Part shown: piece by piece, positions 1 to 9,794 of the stretch
Numbering within the stretch: the first letter of the stretch is position 1
Layout of the letters: every line of letters begins with the position of its first letter
Sequence record: NC_061445.1
Reading direction: 5' to 3' (one strand)
Length of the DNA: 64,000 nt
Notes under the pieces: generated by a model
What the model saw: the letters and a program-made list of their open reading frames with translations, nothing else
Database searches by the model: none
What the model was told of the DNA's origin: nothing
Made by a program: the position numbers and the translations under genes

Positions 1-283
1 CGTTCGTTGTGCGTCCACCAGCACGGAAGTTCTCGTCAGGACGTGACGCTTTGCCCTCTGCGCCTGGCTTCGTGTTGCCATTACGCAGATCTGCATCACC
101 TTCAACAGCTTTATCCGGGTCGAACATGTCGTCCGCTTTTGCGCTTTGATTCGCATCAAACGGAATCTTACCTGTCAGCTTGTTTGGATCTGGCCAACTG
201 TCCGGGATATCAGACGCAGGTTGTGGTTTGTTCGTCATATCACCGTTAGCTTCGCTGCTCAAGCTGATCTTAATACGTGCCAT
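1..283 (-). CDS. Partial hypothetical protein (runs off the left edge), N-terminus MARIKISLSS; possible virion/internal protein
   Basis: Translated by hand; not in the ORF track. ATG at 283 on the - strand with AGGAG upstream; frame open to position 1. Confidence 0.8.
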   Translation of the reverse strand, partial: MARIKISLSSEANGDMTNKPQPASDIPDSWPDPNKLTGKIPFDANQSAKADDMFDPDKAVEGDADLRNGNTKPGAEGKASRPDENFRAGGRTTN

Positions 284-294
284 TGTCTTTTCTC

Positions 295-1404
295 CTATCG
301 GATCTTAAAGCCATTGAAAATGTTGTACGCAACTTCTTTGCGCTGTACGGGACGCGTGGTACACACCCATTCCCATTGTTCGTTTCGTGCTGTGCGCTTC
401 TTAGGCGCTTCCATAACTTTCAGCACATAGTTTTTGAACGGCAGAACGAGAATGTCTTCTGGTTCTAACGGACCTGATCGAGCGGGCAGCACGACCGTGA
501 TGTTACCAACAGTCAGCTCCTGATCGTAGTTCAACACGTTCGCTTCTTCGCTGATGTTGCCCTTAACAGGAGGCACACCCAAATCGAAGACGAGCGTACA
601 ATGCGTGAATGCCTCAACGCCTTTCACGCGCAGCGTAACGTGTTTGCCGCGCCACGGTTCAAGGTTCGCTGCTGTTAGTTCGACTTCAACGCCGTTCAGC
701 ACAAGCATAGGGCGTGGAAACGCAGGTAGCATTGATTCGTTCAGACGTACCGAATATGTCGCCTGAGTAAAGTATTTTGGGATAAGCTGATCGAAATCCA
801 CGTAACTGTCTTTGCGCTGCTGTCTGAAAGTTGCAGGGCTGGTGGATTGATCGAGCGTGTAGCCTGATGCGTTTTGAATGTGATGGTGAGTCACCACGTT
901 GTAGATATAGCCTGTGCTAATAAACCCAGGCACAACGCCCTGCCGATAGCAGATGCCGCAGTTCGCAACGTTACCACCATCCCACTTGACGTCGAACTCT
1001 TCGCCTGTGTCGATACCCATCAGGTCGGCAGCGTCCATTGCAGCGTTCATACCGTCGTCGATATCATCGAGGGTAACTACTTGGCGTCCACCACCAAACA
1101 TACCTTTCGAGACAGTGCCGATCTTAACGCCGCCGTCCATAGAACTGGATTCGCGTCCGAGTGATTTGAGCGCACCGTCTTGGTTATCGAAGATATCGTT
1201 TTCAACTTTGTTGCAGCTACAGGTGAGGCCCATCTTCGCCTTTTTAAAGATGACGATATCGGTGGCGTCCACCTCAAGGGCCTGTTCGACTTTCGACTTC
1301 ACAACCTCTTGGATTGAGTTCAGGCGTTTCTGCACTCGCTCCGTTTCGTAGGTTTTGTGCCTGTCGTATTTATTTCGCTGTTTTCCGCGTTCGATCCAGC
1401 TCAT
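295..1404 (-). CDS. Hypothetical 369-aa protein with CxC and CxxC motifs; possibly virion head/neck component
   Basis: Long ORF with TCSC and CGICYRQG motifs. Function is a guess. Confidence 0.6.
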   Translation of the reverse strand: MSWIERGKQRNKYDRHKTYETERVQKRLNSIQEVVKSKVEQALEVDATDIVIFKKAKMGLTCSCNKVENDIFDNQDGALKSLGRESSSMDGGVKIGTVSKGMFGGGRQVVTLDDIDDGMNAAMDAADLMGIDTGEEFDVKWDGGNVANCGICYRQGVVPGFISTGYIYNVVTHHHIQNASGYTLDQSTSPATFRQQRKDSYVDFDQLIPKYFTQATYSVRLNESMLPAFPRPMLVLNGVEVELTAANLEPWRGKHVTLRVKGVEAFTHCTLVFDLGVPPVKGNISEEANVLNYDQELTVGNITVVLPARSGPLEPEDILVLPFKNYVLKVMEAPKKRTARNEQWEWVCTTRPVQRKEVAYNIFNGFKIR

Positions 1405-1459
1405 AATCTTCTCCTCTGTGTGGTTGAAATTAGTGACTAAAAATTTCTACCTTCGACCT

Positions 1460-1477
1460 AGTAAATACTTATTTATA
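1460..1477. promoter_or_regulatory. Divergent T4-late-like motifs (AGTAAATA on +, TATAAATA on -)
   Basis: AGTAAATA at 1460-1467; reverse complement of 1470-1477 is TATAAATA; lies between divergent genes. Confidence 0.4.
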
Positions 1478-1502
1478 CGCATGTCAAGACACGGAGCCTT
1501 TT

Positions 1503-2051
1503 ATGCGTATTCTCTCAGGCGACCCGGGCAAGGTTAACTTCGCGTTGTCTGTTCAAGAGTTTAAGGACAAACGCATTACCGTGCTGGGTACGCGGATGTT
1601 TCAACATCCTATCCAGAACCTGCATTACGATATGCGCCAACCAGTCAAAGAGTTCATGAAAGAGCTTGAAGACATTTGGAAGCGCTATGGACCGTTCGAT
1701 GCAATGTGCTTTGAACGTTTTCAGTCACGCGGATTAGGCGGCAACACCATTGAAGCAATCAGTCTCATGCTAGGTGTTATCTCGCTGTTCGCGCTGAAAA
1801 AGAATTGTCCAATTGATTTGATTACGGCTAGTCAGTGGAAGAACGCGTTTAACCGCTCGATGGATCTCAAGGGGTACTACGCGCAGCACAATCTGACTTC
1901 GAAAAAGAGTCGTAAAGCAATTCACGAATTTGATGCCAGCCTTATCGGCGTCTACACCTTCTACCGTCACTCAGGAATCAAACCATTTGCTGGCTTCCAT
2001 CGCATCGTTGATGTGTATGTGCCGCGATTCCTTGAGGCGCCTGTACTTTGA
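1503..2051 (+). CDS. RuvC-like Holliday junction resolvase
   Basis: RILSGDPGKVNFAL start, CFERFQ, ITASQWK and HEFDA: RNase H-fold D/E/D pattern of RuvC/poxvirus A22-type resolvases. Confidence 0.8.
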   Translation: MRILSGDPGKVNFALSVQEFKDKRITVLGTRMFQHPIQNLHYDMRQPVKEFMKELEDIWKRYGPFDAMCFERFQSRGLGGNTIEAISLMLGVISLFALKKNCPIDLITASQWKNAFNRSMDLKGYYAQHNLTSKKSRKAIHEFDASLIGVYTFYRHSGIKPFAGFHRIVDVYVPRFLEAPVL

Positions 2052-2061
2052 GGATTCAGAA

Positions 2062-2427
2062 ATGAAACAAGAACTGTTGAACAAACTCGCATTTGATGTG
2101 CTGTCCGAATTCGGTGTAGCGATGTTCCTCGATCGTGGTGAAGTCGGCTACAACAACGAAAGCTACGCAACGTTTGAAACGCTGTTCAGCGTGAAGTCTG
2201 ACGCTGATGGTTCAACGCTGGCAGCAGACCTACGTGCTAAGATCGCAGAGCATCTGGAGAAGCTGAAAGCAGAAGGTATGACGCGCAACTACAACGGCAA
2301 TACCCAGCGCATGGCTGTTGTTGTCGAGTCGCCGAAACTTACCTACCGTGAGCCTATGGCAAACGAAATTCCAGGCGCGATGCTGTACTCATTCTCCATT
2401 GGCTTCCCCTTAATTCTGGCCAATTAA
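2062..2427 (+). CDS. Hypothetical protein
   Basis: ATG 2062 after GAGG, in frame with track ORF 1930..2427. Confidence 0.65.
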   Translation: MKQELLNKLAFDVLSEFGVAMFLDRGEVGYNNESYATFETLFSVKSDADGSTLAADLRAKIAEHLEKLKAEGMTRNYNGNTQRMAVVVESPKLTYREPMANEIPGAMLYSFSIGFPLILAN

Positions 2428-2428
2428 T

Positions 2429-2437
2429 CTGTAAATA
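2429..2437 (+). promoter_or_regulatory. CTGTAAATA candidate phage-sigma promoter
   Basis: Recurrent motif, about 37 nt upstream of ATG 2474. Confidence 0.5.
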
Positions 2438-2473
2438 TCCTTACTTGGTTAATGTGTCTTGTAGGGTAGCGAA

Positions 2474-3178
2474 ATGGCGAAGTTAAAGAAAGAACGATCA
2501 GTCAAGGTCAAAGCGAAAGTTAAGCCTGTTGTGAAAACAAAGGCGTCGACCAAGACGAAGAAAACAAAGAAGGAAAAAGCAATTCCTATTCGTGTTGTGG
2601 CAGACACTCGTCCTATTATCACCTGTCCTGAGATGGAAGATAAGCCTCAACCATTTAAGTTCAAGGGGCAGTGTCCCATAACGACCTGTCAGTATTGCAC
2701 ACGCGAAACACCGACCGGTTGTATGGCGCTTGACCGTAAAGAAGCTGCTGACCGTTCAATCTCTAACAAGGAGATCCAGTATTACAAACGTGGCCTCTTC
2801 CCGGAACTTATGGAGATGGATCAAAAGCAGTTGGACAATACGATCCGCCGCGCACAAACTCGTGCCCGTACTGCTATCTGTCTTACTATGTTTATTGCCG
2901 GGATTGATGATTCTGATTGCGATCGTTCTTTCCAGTACGTAGAAGGTCGGAGCAGAGCCGTCGATCAAGTACACAACTATCTTGTGCAGACGTTCAACGA
3001 TTATCGTCCGTGGATGCTCGCGTACCTCGACGATGAGAAACGTTTCGCAGAGATGGTGGGTAAAATAACCAATTCCGAATTTAATTTAGGTGCAGCACTT
3101 CGTTTGACGCCTCGTAAGTATCAGACGTTCTGCCAAGCGCTGCAAAACCTTAAACAATCTGGAGACTCCAATGAGTAA
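2474..3178 (+). CDS. Hypothetical protein, Lys-rich N-terminus and Cys cluster (CPITTCQYC)
   Basis: 234-aa ORF; motifs read directly. Confidence 0.7.
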   Translation: MAKLKKERSVKVKAKVKPVVKTKASTKTKKTKKEKAIPIRVVADTRPIITCPEMEDKPQPFKFKGQCPITTCQYCTRETPTGCMALDRKEAADRSISNKEIQYYKRGLFPELMEMDQKQLDNTIRRAQTRARTAICLTMFIAGIDDSDCDRSFQYVEGRSRAVDQVHNYLVQTFNDYRPWMLAYLDDEKRFAEMVGKITNSEFNLGAALRLTPRKYQTFCQALQNLKQSGDSNE

Positions 3179-4940
3179 CATTATTTCATTCGACCAGTTT
3201 CGCGCTATGCTCAAGCGCAACATTCTGAAAGAACCTAAGATGCTGGTCAAGAACCAAACTCAGCCACTCGGTCAGATCATCTTCCAGTGCCCTGGTGACA
3301 ACTTCAAAATGAAGGACATCACTATCCCTGCGTCACCGAATGCTATCGATCTGACGCTACAGGCTCCACTTGATAACCTGCTGGCGTGTGCTCAATTGAA
3401 ATCTCTGTTCGACTTGCAGCGTATCGTTTTGCTGAACCCTGACGATATGCCAGTACCGGCAGAAGATATCGATCAGCCTGTTCTGTCTCAGCCACCAGTT
3501 GCTGGTGCGCTGTCTGTTGACGGTACAACTATCCCGAACGCTGTCGTGATCGTCGAACAAAACGGCAACGTCTGGACAGGCACTTCAAACAGTAGCGGTG
3601 TGTTCAACGTGAACGTGTCCGGCCTCGAAGAAGGTCAGTTCTCGATCACTGTTACCGCAGAAGGTTATACGCCTGCACGTTACAACTTCACTGCTGGTGA
3701 GCAGCCGCTGCAACCTCTGCCTGAACCAACCGTACACGCAGTCTTCAAAGAGACAACCGTGTCGGGTACGACTGTGGCAAATGCTAATATTGTCGTGTCA
3801 GTGCAGAGCAAAGCGTACACCGGACAAGCTGATGATCAGGGTGCGTTCTCTATCAACGTTGACCCACTGCCGTTCGATACAATCTACGTGACTATCGAAG
3901 CGCCTGGGTATCTGTCCAAGCAGGTCACTGTTGTTACTGACAGCGTTCCTGGCCTTGCGCAGATTAACAGCGCACCTTTCCTGTCTACTTCTCTGGCAGG
4001 TAAAGCAAGCCCAAGCGCTCAGGTTGAGATTCTGATTGACGGACAAGCGAACCAGTTCGCTACCGCTGATGCAGACGGCAACTGGACTGCTGATGTCGGT
4101 GCTGTTAAAGGCGCTGTTACGATTCGTAGTCTTGAACAAGAAGGCTATGATGAAGCGACTGCGACAATGCAACCGACTAAACTCCAGTTCGGTGCAATCA
4201 CTGTCGATGACGCTGACGCGTTCGGTGAGACACGCACTGCCGTTACAGGTAACATTGCTGGACTGAATCCAGAAGCGAATGATATCGCTGTTACCGTGAC
4301 TGTTCAGGCTGGCGTGTACGAAGGTACTGTCAATCTCAGCAATGGTCAGTTCAACATCACTGGTGTTGACGCTAAGGCGGGTGTTGGTGCGACTGGCGTT
4401 GTCAATGTCACCTCTGCGTTCTACGAAGATGGTGGCGCATCGTTTACCATTCTGGAAGAGTTCGTTGCTCCTACTCTGGAGCAAGCAGTTGACGGACAGA
4501 CTGCTGTTGTCGGTACTACTGTGGCAAGCGCCACTGTTAAAGTTACTATGAACGGTGAAACCAAAACTGCGTCTTCAAACCCTCAGGGTGCGTTTAGCGT
4601 TAGTGGCTTCACTAACGTTGTTCCGGGCCCAGTCACTATCGAACTGTCTCGCGCTCAGTACCTGACTGCGAGCTTCGAAGTTACTCAGACCGTACAGGCT
4701 CGTGGTGAGCTTGATGCAGATCTGAAAGCTGGTGAAGACACCGTATCGGGATTAGCAACACCTGGCTCTACCGTATCTCTGACTCAGGACAGCATCACTG
4801 GTGATGCAGTAGCTGACGCGAGCACTGGTGAGTTCATTATCACGCTGTCCGGCCCTCTGGTTGAAGGTCAGGCGCAGCTTAAAGTTCAACACGCTGGTTA
4901 TGTTGACTATACTGAAACATTAGCTGTAGCGGCAGCTTAA
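3171..4940 (+). CDS. Ig-like repeat protein, probable virion decoration/fibre protein
   Basis: Repeated beta-rich units (V.G.T....V.V...G.F.....L..G...ITV.A.GY) after a roughly 90-aa N-terminal domain shared with the next ORF. Confidence 0.7.
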   Translation: MSNIISFDQFRAMLKRNILKEPKMLVKNQTQPLGQIIFQCPGDNFKMKDITIPASPNAIDLTLQAPLDNLLACAQLKSLFDLQRIVLLNPDDMPVPAEDIDQPVLSQPPVAGALSVDGTTIPNAVVIVEQNGNVWTGTSNSSGVFNVNVSGLEEGQFSITVTAEGYTPARYNFTAGEQPLQPLPEPTVHAVFKETTVSGTTVANANIVVSVQSKAYTGQADDQGAFSINVDPLPFDTIYVTIEAPGYLSKQVTVVTDSVPGLAQINSAPFLSTSLAGKASPSAQVEILIDGQANQFATADADGNWTADVGAVKGAVTIRSLEQEGYDEATATMQPTKLQFGAITVDDADAFGETRTAVTGNIAGLNPEANDIAVTVTVQAGVYEGTVNLSNGQFNITGVDAKAGVGATGVVNVTSAFYEDGGASFTILEEFVAPTLEQAVDGQTAVVGTTVASATVKVTMNGETKTASSNPQGAFSVSGFTNVVPGPVTIELSRAQYLTASFEVTQTVQARGELDADLKAGEDTVSGLATPGSTVSLTQDSITGDAVADASTGEFIITLSGPLVEGQAQLKVQHAGYVDYTETLAVAAA

Positions 4941-4948
4941 TCCTTTAC

Positions 4949-4964
4949 AGGGGCTTCGGCCCCT
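4949..4964 (+). terminator. GC hairpin with TTCG loop (weak U-tract)
   Basis: AGGGGC-TTCG-GCCCCT directly after the stop. Confidence 0.5.
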
Positions 4965-4991
4965 AATTAAACTGAAATTCGGAGAGTTCCC

Positions 4992-5648
4992 ATGAGCACT
5001 AAAAACAACACGCAAGTCCAGCCTATCACTCTGACTAAATACAACGAACTGTACGGTGACAACCCTGTTGCTCCTATGTACGTTGCCAACCGTACTGAGC
5101 CACGCGGCAACGTAATGTTCAGCGCGAAAGACGATCTGGGTCAGCCTGTTGCTGTACTGGTACCTGCTACCTTCATCCCAATCGATCTGACTCAGCAAGC
5201 GACCAAAACAAGCCTGATGCAGTCTACTCACCTGCGCCGCGCTCTGCGTATCGGTCAGCTGGTCATTCTCGAAACTGAAACCGCAGAAGAATATCTGCGC
5301 ACCAGCGCTATGGCGAAAACTGAAATGCGTCATCTGAACAAGATGAATGCGTCTATCGCTGCTGAACTGGAAGAAGTCGACGGTCAGCTCGCGCCTATCA
5401 ATCTGGCTGGTGGCAACACCAAGAAACAGATTCAGTTCGAAGACGGCGATCAGTTGTCAAGCAACCAGTTCGTTAACGCGTTTATCGCTCGTGCCGCAGA
5501 AGACAGCGGTGAGTCTGACGACAACCTCGAACGTGAGTTCCTGTCTCGTGGCCTGGGTCTGCCTGTGTCTGAGCTGGAAATTCTTCGCGCTAACATCTCT
5601 CGTCCGGCAATCGTTGACCTGATCGTTCAGGCAATCACTGACGCATAA
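4992..5648 (+). CDS. Hypothetical protein; N-terminal domain paralogous to that of ORF 3171
   Basis: 218 aa; NRTEPRGNVMF...VPATFIPIDLTQQA aligns with NQTQPLGQIIF...IPASPNAIDLTLQA. Confidence 0.75.
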   Translation: MSTKNNTQVQPITLTKYNELYGDNPVAPMYVANRTEPRGNVMFSAKDDLGQPVAVLVPATFIPIDLTQQATKTSLMQSTHLRRALRIGQLVILETETAEEYLRTSAMAKTEMRHLNKMNASIAAELEEVDGQLAPINLAGGNTKKQIQFEDGDQLSSNQFVNAFIARAAEDSGESDDNLEREFLSRGLGLPVSELEILRANISRPAIVDLIVQAITDA

Positions 5649-5663
5649 TCTCAGTGTTGCGAC

Positions 5664-5702
5664 AAAAAAAATGGGAGGCCCCGAAAGGAGTCTCCCATTT
5701 TT
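5664..5702. terminator. Bidirectional intrinsic terminator
   Basis: A-tract, ATGGGAG...CTCCCAT stem, T-tract, between convergent genes. Confidence 0.8.
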
Positions 5703-5703
5703 A

Positions 5704-5874
5704 TTACTTCTGCTGTTGTCTCATTCGATCAAGGAACGCTACACCTTCACCTGGCTTAACGATGCGCGGTTCAACCTTGATGCGATTGATCAGACGTTGC
5801 ATACGGCGAAGATTGCGTTTGCGTAAATCCTCGATTGAGTGTTGCTTGTACTGCGTTCTGTATTTCAGAGCCAT
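5704..5874 (-). CDS. Small basic protein, 56 aa (MALKYRTQYKQHSIEDLRKRNLRR...)
   Basis: Below the ORF-track cutoff. ATG 5874 with AGAGGAAG upstream, TAA at 5704; fills the gap between primase and terminator. Confidence 0.65.
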   Translation of the reverse strand: MALKYRTQYKQHSIEDLRKRNLRRMQRLINRIKVEPRIVKPGEGVAFLDRMRQQQK

Positions 5875-5875
5875 G

Positions 5876-6931
5876 CTACTTCCTCTTTTCTATTGCTTTC
5901 GGTCTGTTCCACCCAAGTGCTTTCGCTGGCATGATACACTTCTTACCGTGTATGTCACGCAGCGTCATGCGAACTTCTTTGATCAACTTGAATGGTGCGT
6001 TGTCAGGGTCGAGCTTAATCAGCTTACCGTCTTCGTCAAATTCACGCGGTAACTTGAAGTGCTTAACAGGTACTGGAGAGTTACGCTCGAACTCCTCTTT
6101 GATTTTTCCACGCAGTAGCTTACCGCCACCATCGTTGTCTGTCATCGTGTAGACTACGCTCACACCCAGCATCTCAAGTGTTCTACGTTTCGTTTCACCG
6201 AACTGCTCTGCACCAAGCACTGCGAGTGCCGGTATGCCATACGACAATAACGCAAGCGCATCACGAGGACCTTCGACAAGCACAACGTATCTCAGCTTGT
6301 ACTTTTTCAAACACTCTTTCACAAGCGGCAACGGGAATAGACCTTTATCTTTTGCCCAATCGCCTTGCGAGTTCACATAGCTGGTGCCGTTCATTTGCTT
6401 ACGCAGATAAGCAGCGATACCGCCTATGTATTTCGTACCATGCTTGCACGGGAAGAAGCAGACGTTCGTGCCTGTGTGTTGTGCATTAAGCAGACCACCA
6501 GCAGCACGAACAAGCGCACCGGGATAACCGCGCCACTCAACATCCAGCGGCCACTCCATGTAAGACTTGCGCCCAAGAGCTTTCATCAATAGACCAACAG
6601 ACGGGTAAGTACCTATCTTCTGTCCGATGTGCTCATACGTTTTAAGCAGAGCGCTCAAGCTGTTCGTGCCAGCGTCTTTCAGCGCCCAGCCTTTGATCTC
6701 TTGCAGCTTGGCATGTGCCGCTAATTTGTTCCAGCCACCCTTCTCACCACAACCAAAGCAGTGAAAGAACCCTAACGGGATTTCCATGCCTACAGAAGTG
6801 TAAATACCACAACTAGGAGTCTTATCGCTGTGGAAGGGGCAGCACACCATCACGGTGTCGCCGTTGTATTTCTTCTCTCCCGGCAGTTTACCGATTTCCT
6901 CAAGAATTATCTGATGAACGTCTTCTGCCAT
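5876..6931 (-). CDS. DNA primase (CHC2 zinc finger plus TOPRIM)
   Basis: CCPFHSDKTPSC...HCFGCGEKG zinc finger; VLVEGPRDAL and TMTDNDGGG TOPRIM motifs. Confidence 0.9.
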   Translation of the reverse strand: MAEDVHQIILEEIGKLPGEKKYNGDTVMVCCPFHSDKTPSCGIYTSVGMEIPLGFFHCFGCGEKGGWNKLAAHAKLQEIKGWALKDAGTNSLSALLKTYEHIGQKIGTYPSVGLLMKALGRKSYMEWPLDVEWRGYPGALVRAAGGLLNAQHTGTNVCFFPCKHGTKYIGGIAAYLRKQMNGTSYVNSQGDWAKDKGLFPLPLVKECLKKYKLRYVVLVEGPRDALALLSYGIPALAVLGAEQFGETKRRTLEMLGVSVVYTMTDNDGGGKLLRGKIKEEFERNSPVPVKHFKLPREFDEDGKLIKLDPDNAPFKLIKEVRMTLRDIHGKKCIMPAKALGWNRPKAIEKRK

Positions 6932-6970
6932 ACCATCCTCTATTCATTTCGTAATTTACGCATATAAGCA

Positions 6971-6979
6971 TATTTACAG
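6971..6979 (-). promoter_or_regulatory. CTGTAAATA candidate phage-sigma promoter for primase
   Basis: TATTTACAG on +, 40 nt upstream of the primase ATG. Confidence 0.5.
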
Positions 6980-6995
6980 ATAAGGGATAATAAGA

Positions 6996-7331
6996 ATGGG
7001 TAATCCACATCGCTATGTACATTCCGCAGAGCGTCGTTTCTATGAACGGCACTGGTTACAGTTCTGCGATCTACTGAAAGTTGAACCTCAAACTCTCGGT
7101 GCTTTCAATAAGCAGGGCGATATGATTGGTCTTTATCTGCCTGTCGATTCAGACATTACGGAAATGACCAAGAGCATTAAGCTGATGTATTCCGTCACGG
7201 AAGATGATGTTGAAGTGCGCTGTTACCTGTTCGGTACTCGCTACTACAAGTTCGTATTCTTTGAACAAACAATTGCAGTAAGCGAGGACGATGATGAGAA
7301 CGTTCGCAAACGTACCAGCGCGAGTCAATGA
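6996..7331 (+). CDS. Hypothetical protein
   Basis: 111-aa ORF with AAGGG RBS. Confidence 0.65.
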   Translation: MGNPHRYVHSAERRFYERHWLQFCDLLKVEPQTLGAFNKQGDMIGLYLPVDSDITEMTKSIKLMYSVTEDDVEVRCYLFGTRYYKFVFFEQTIAVSEDDDENVRKRTSASQ

Positions 7332-8379
7332 CACCCGTGTGCTGTCACGCATCGGTAAGATGATCGATGCTGCGCTCGACGTAAAAATTCAAGAGAAGCG
7401 CTGGCCGAAGAAACGCGTTAGCCCTTCAATGTTTCCTATCTGTCCGATTCAAGAGACAGCGAAACTGATTTACCAAAAGCATAACAACTGCATGACCGGA
7501 GAGTCAGGTACGTTGCTGAACATCTTTGCGAAAGCAGGGACGGGGATGCACGAAGCCTTGCAGAATGCTCTGGGGCACAGCGGTCAGATGGTTGGCCACT
7601 GGAAATGTACGAACGAAAAATGCGTAGAGTACCCGAAGACCAAAGGCAAAATGGTTGACGGCGAATACGTGAAAGGTAAGTACACGCGAACTAAAAGCAC
7701 TAACAACATTTGTCCGTCGTGCAAAAAGCCCATGGCCTATGCAGAACTCAAAGTCCTGTATAAGTCGCTCAAGGGTTATGTCGATGGTTTGATTGATAAT
7801 CTTGACGGCACGTACAGCCTGATCGATTTGAAGTCTACCATGGTGACGAAAGCCGCTGACGGAACATTCTTTGTCAAGTACCATCGCTTTCAGATCGCAA
7901 CATACGCCTATCTGTTGAAGAAGCGTTACGGTTACAACATCGTGGATTACACTCTCGTTTATGTGCCGCGAGATAATCCTAAGAAGTTTGTAGAGAAGAC
8001 CTTTGTGTTTGACGAGGCAGAGTCGAAACGTGCCAAAGAGTTCATGATGGGTCAGATACGCGCATGGGATGCTGCGGTAAAATCAGCGCGTACGGGTAAC
8101 CTGCTGCCAGCTATTAAACGTAAGCCGTGCAAGAGCGCTGAGTATTATTGGGACGAGTTCCACGGATATGACACATGCCCTTTTGTAGACCATTGCTTTA
8201 TTCAATCACACATGATTGACTTCATGAAGAAGTTAGAGCAGCGAATCATGGCCAACCCCGATCTGACTTATACGGAAATCATAAGCACAGGTCGGAAAAC
8301 TCAACAACAAGGTCTGCTGCCGGACAAGTCGAAGAAATCGCAACGTCCGAAGCATATCGTAAAAACATTTGAGCTATGA
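7291..8379 (+). CDS. Cas4-like PD-(D/E)xK exonuclease (alternative start 7360)
   Basis: SPSMFPICP, GTGMHEALQ, GYVDGLI...LIDLKS, QIATYAYLL and a C-terminal C...CPFVDHC cluster. Confidence 0.8.
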   Translation: MMRTFANVPARVNDTRVLSRIGKMIDAALDVKIQEKRWPKKRVSPSMFPICPIQETAKLIYQKHNNCMTGESGTLLNIFAKAGTGMHEALQNALGHSGQMVGHWKCTNEKCVEYPKTKGKMVDGEYVKGKYTRTKSTNNICPSCKKPMAYAELKVLYKSLKGYVDGLIDNLDGTYSLIDLKSTMVTKAADGTFFVKYHRFQIATYAYLLKKRYGYNIVDYTLVYVPRDNPKKFVEKTFVFDEAESKRAKEFMMGQIRAWDAAVKSARTGNLLPAIKRKPCKSAEYYWDEFHGYDTCPFVDHCFIQSHMIDFMKKLEQRIMANPDLTYTEIISTGRKTQQQGLLPDKSKKSQRPKHIVKTFEL

Positions 8380-8786
8380 GCATACAAAAAGATTATGAAC
8401 GATCATTGCGCCGACTTAAGGAGTCTGTCTATCGCAAAGAGCAGCTAGGTTATGTTGTACCTCGCTGCGTTGACGTTGTACTCGCAAAGGTAAAACCTCC
8501 CGAACAGGTGGCATCGAGAAAGTATCTGGTCGTGCTGATGTTGGTCAGTCAGACCTGTGAGAATCTCTGCGCCTCCCTGACGATGCGAGAGCAGCTTGTG
8601 GTTAAGATGACTCTCCTTAGTCGCAAACACCCAACGCCAGAGATTCAACGTCGTATCAGACGTTTAGATGAACTGGTCAATAGCCAAGACGTGAACATTG
8701 AAAATCACCGATTGCTTCTCAATTACCGCTGCGAGATATTGATCGACATTCTCGACGGCAAAGAAACTAACTCACGATACACTTGA
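8376..8786 (+). CDS. Hypothetical protein
   Basis: 136-aa ORF, start overlaps upstream stop. Confidence 0.65.
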   Translation: MSIQKDYERSLRRLKESVYRKEQLGYVVPRCVDVVLAKVKPPEQVASRKYLVVLMLVSQTCENLCASLTMREQLVVKMTLLSRKHPTPEIQRRIRRLDELVNSQDVNIENHRLLLNYRCEILIDILDGKETNSRYT

Positions 8787-8794
8787 GGTGTAGA

Positions 8795-9298
8795 ATGGAA
8801 ATTTATGTAAGCCTGAGCCAGGACTCTACCGACAAGAACCGCAGTAAGGTATCAAGTCCTGAGTCTAACACTGGGCGCGTTGATGTGTCTGATTACGCTT
8901 CGCTTGAGAAGAAACTTCGCCTGACAGAAGAAGCGAAAGACAAAGAGAAGCTCGCTCAGAAAGCTGGTGGCGGGGATTCTGTAAAGGGTAAGAAAGGCGC
9001 TAAAAAAGATAGCGCGAAACCCAAAGGAGATGACTCTGACACGGACGCTGATAAAGAAGATGACGCCGGCGATGATGCTGACTTTAGCTTTGATGGAGGC
9101 GACGATGATACAGATGAATCTACAGATGACTCTGGAGACGATTCCAATGGAAAGTCTAAAGCTAAGAAAGGTGGAAAAAAATCTGACAAGTCTGGAGATG
9201 CGGACGCAGAAGACGCAGAAGACCCTGACGCAGACGAATCCGAAGGTGACGACGGGGATGCAGATGTTGAAAGCACTGATGATGAGGACGTCGAGTAA
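8795..9298 (+). CDS. Acidic low-complexity protein, N-terminus MEIYVSLS
   Basis: ATG 8795 after GAGG; D/G/K-rich. Confidence 0.7.
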   Translation: MEIYVSLSQDSTDKNRSKVSSPESNTGRVDVSDYASLEKKLRLTEEAKDKEKLAQKAGGGDSVKGKKGAKKDSAKPKGDDSDTDADKEDDAGDDADFSFDGGDDDTDESTDDSGDDSNGKSKAKKGGKKSDKSGDADAEDAEDPDADESEGDDGDADVESTDDEDVE

Positions 9299-9794
9299 CG
9301 ATCCCGTCGATGTGCCCAAGACGCATGATGCGATGATCGATGTACTGATCGCAATTCGCTATATGTGCATGAAGCGAATGATCTACCCTGTCGTTGCTGC
9401 GACAATCGAGCGGCGCAACGAGTATCTGGTGATGAGCAAAGCCTGTCTCCAGATGAAGCCAACTAAAGTTTACGATGCAATTCAAGATCCGAACTGTGCT
9501 GTAAACTCTCGTTGGCTGTTACGTGCTTTCACCCGCACTGCGCTGCACTTCGACCTGCTGCCTGTTATCGTAGATCGTAGCGGTGAGTTCCAGCCGCTGA
9601 TTACACGCTACTTCGATAAGGATGATGCAGACTTTGCCTATCGCCGTCAGTATGACATTCGCTACCTGACCCAGCTTACTGAAATTCGTAAGCCGCGTAT
9701 GTATCTGCTTAATGGAGTTAATTATGGCGTACAAATCACTCGCCAAGAAACCGAAAAAGTCGAAAGCCGCGAAAGAAGCCGATATTCGGAATAA
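9279..9794 (+). CDS. Hypothetical protein (start uncertain)
   Basis: 3' part of track ORF 9030..9794. Confidence 0.6.
   Translation: MMRTSSNDPVDVPKTHDAMIDVLIAIRYMCMKRMIYPVVAATIERRNEYLVMSKACLQMKPTKVYDAIQDPNCAVNSRWLLRAFTRTALHFDLLPVIVDRSGEFQPLITRYFDKDDADFAYRRQYDIRYLTQLTEIRKPRMYLLNGVNYGVQITRQETEKVESRERSRYSE

Noticed and set aside
6799-6806. TGTAAATA inside the primase gene on the + strand
   Set aside because: Intragenic and antisense, no downstream start; probably chance.
7291-8379. CRISPR-Cas locus implied by the Cas4-like gene
   Set aside because: No repeat-spacer array and no other cas genes; stand-alone Cas4-like nucleases are common phage recombination genes.
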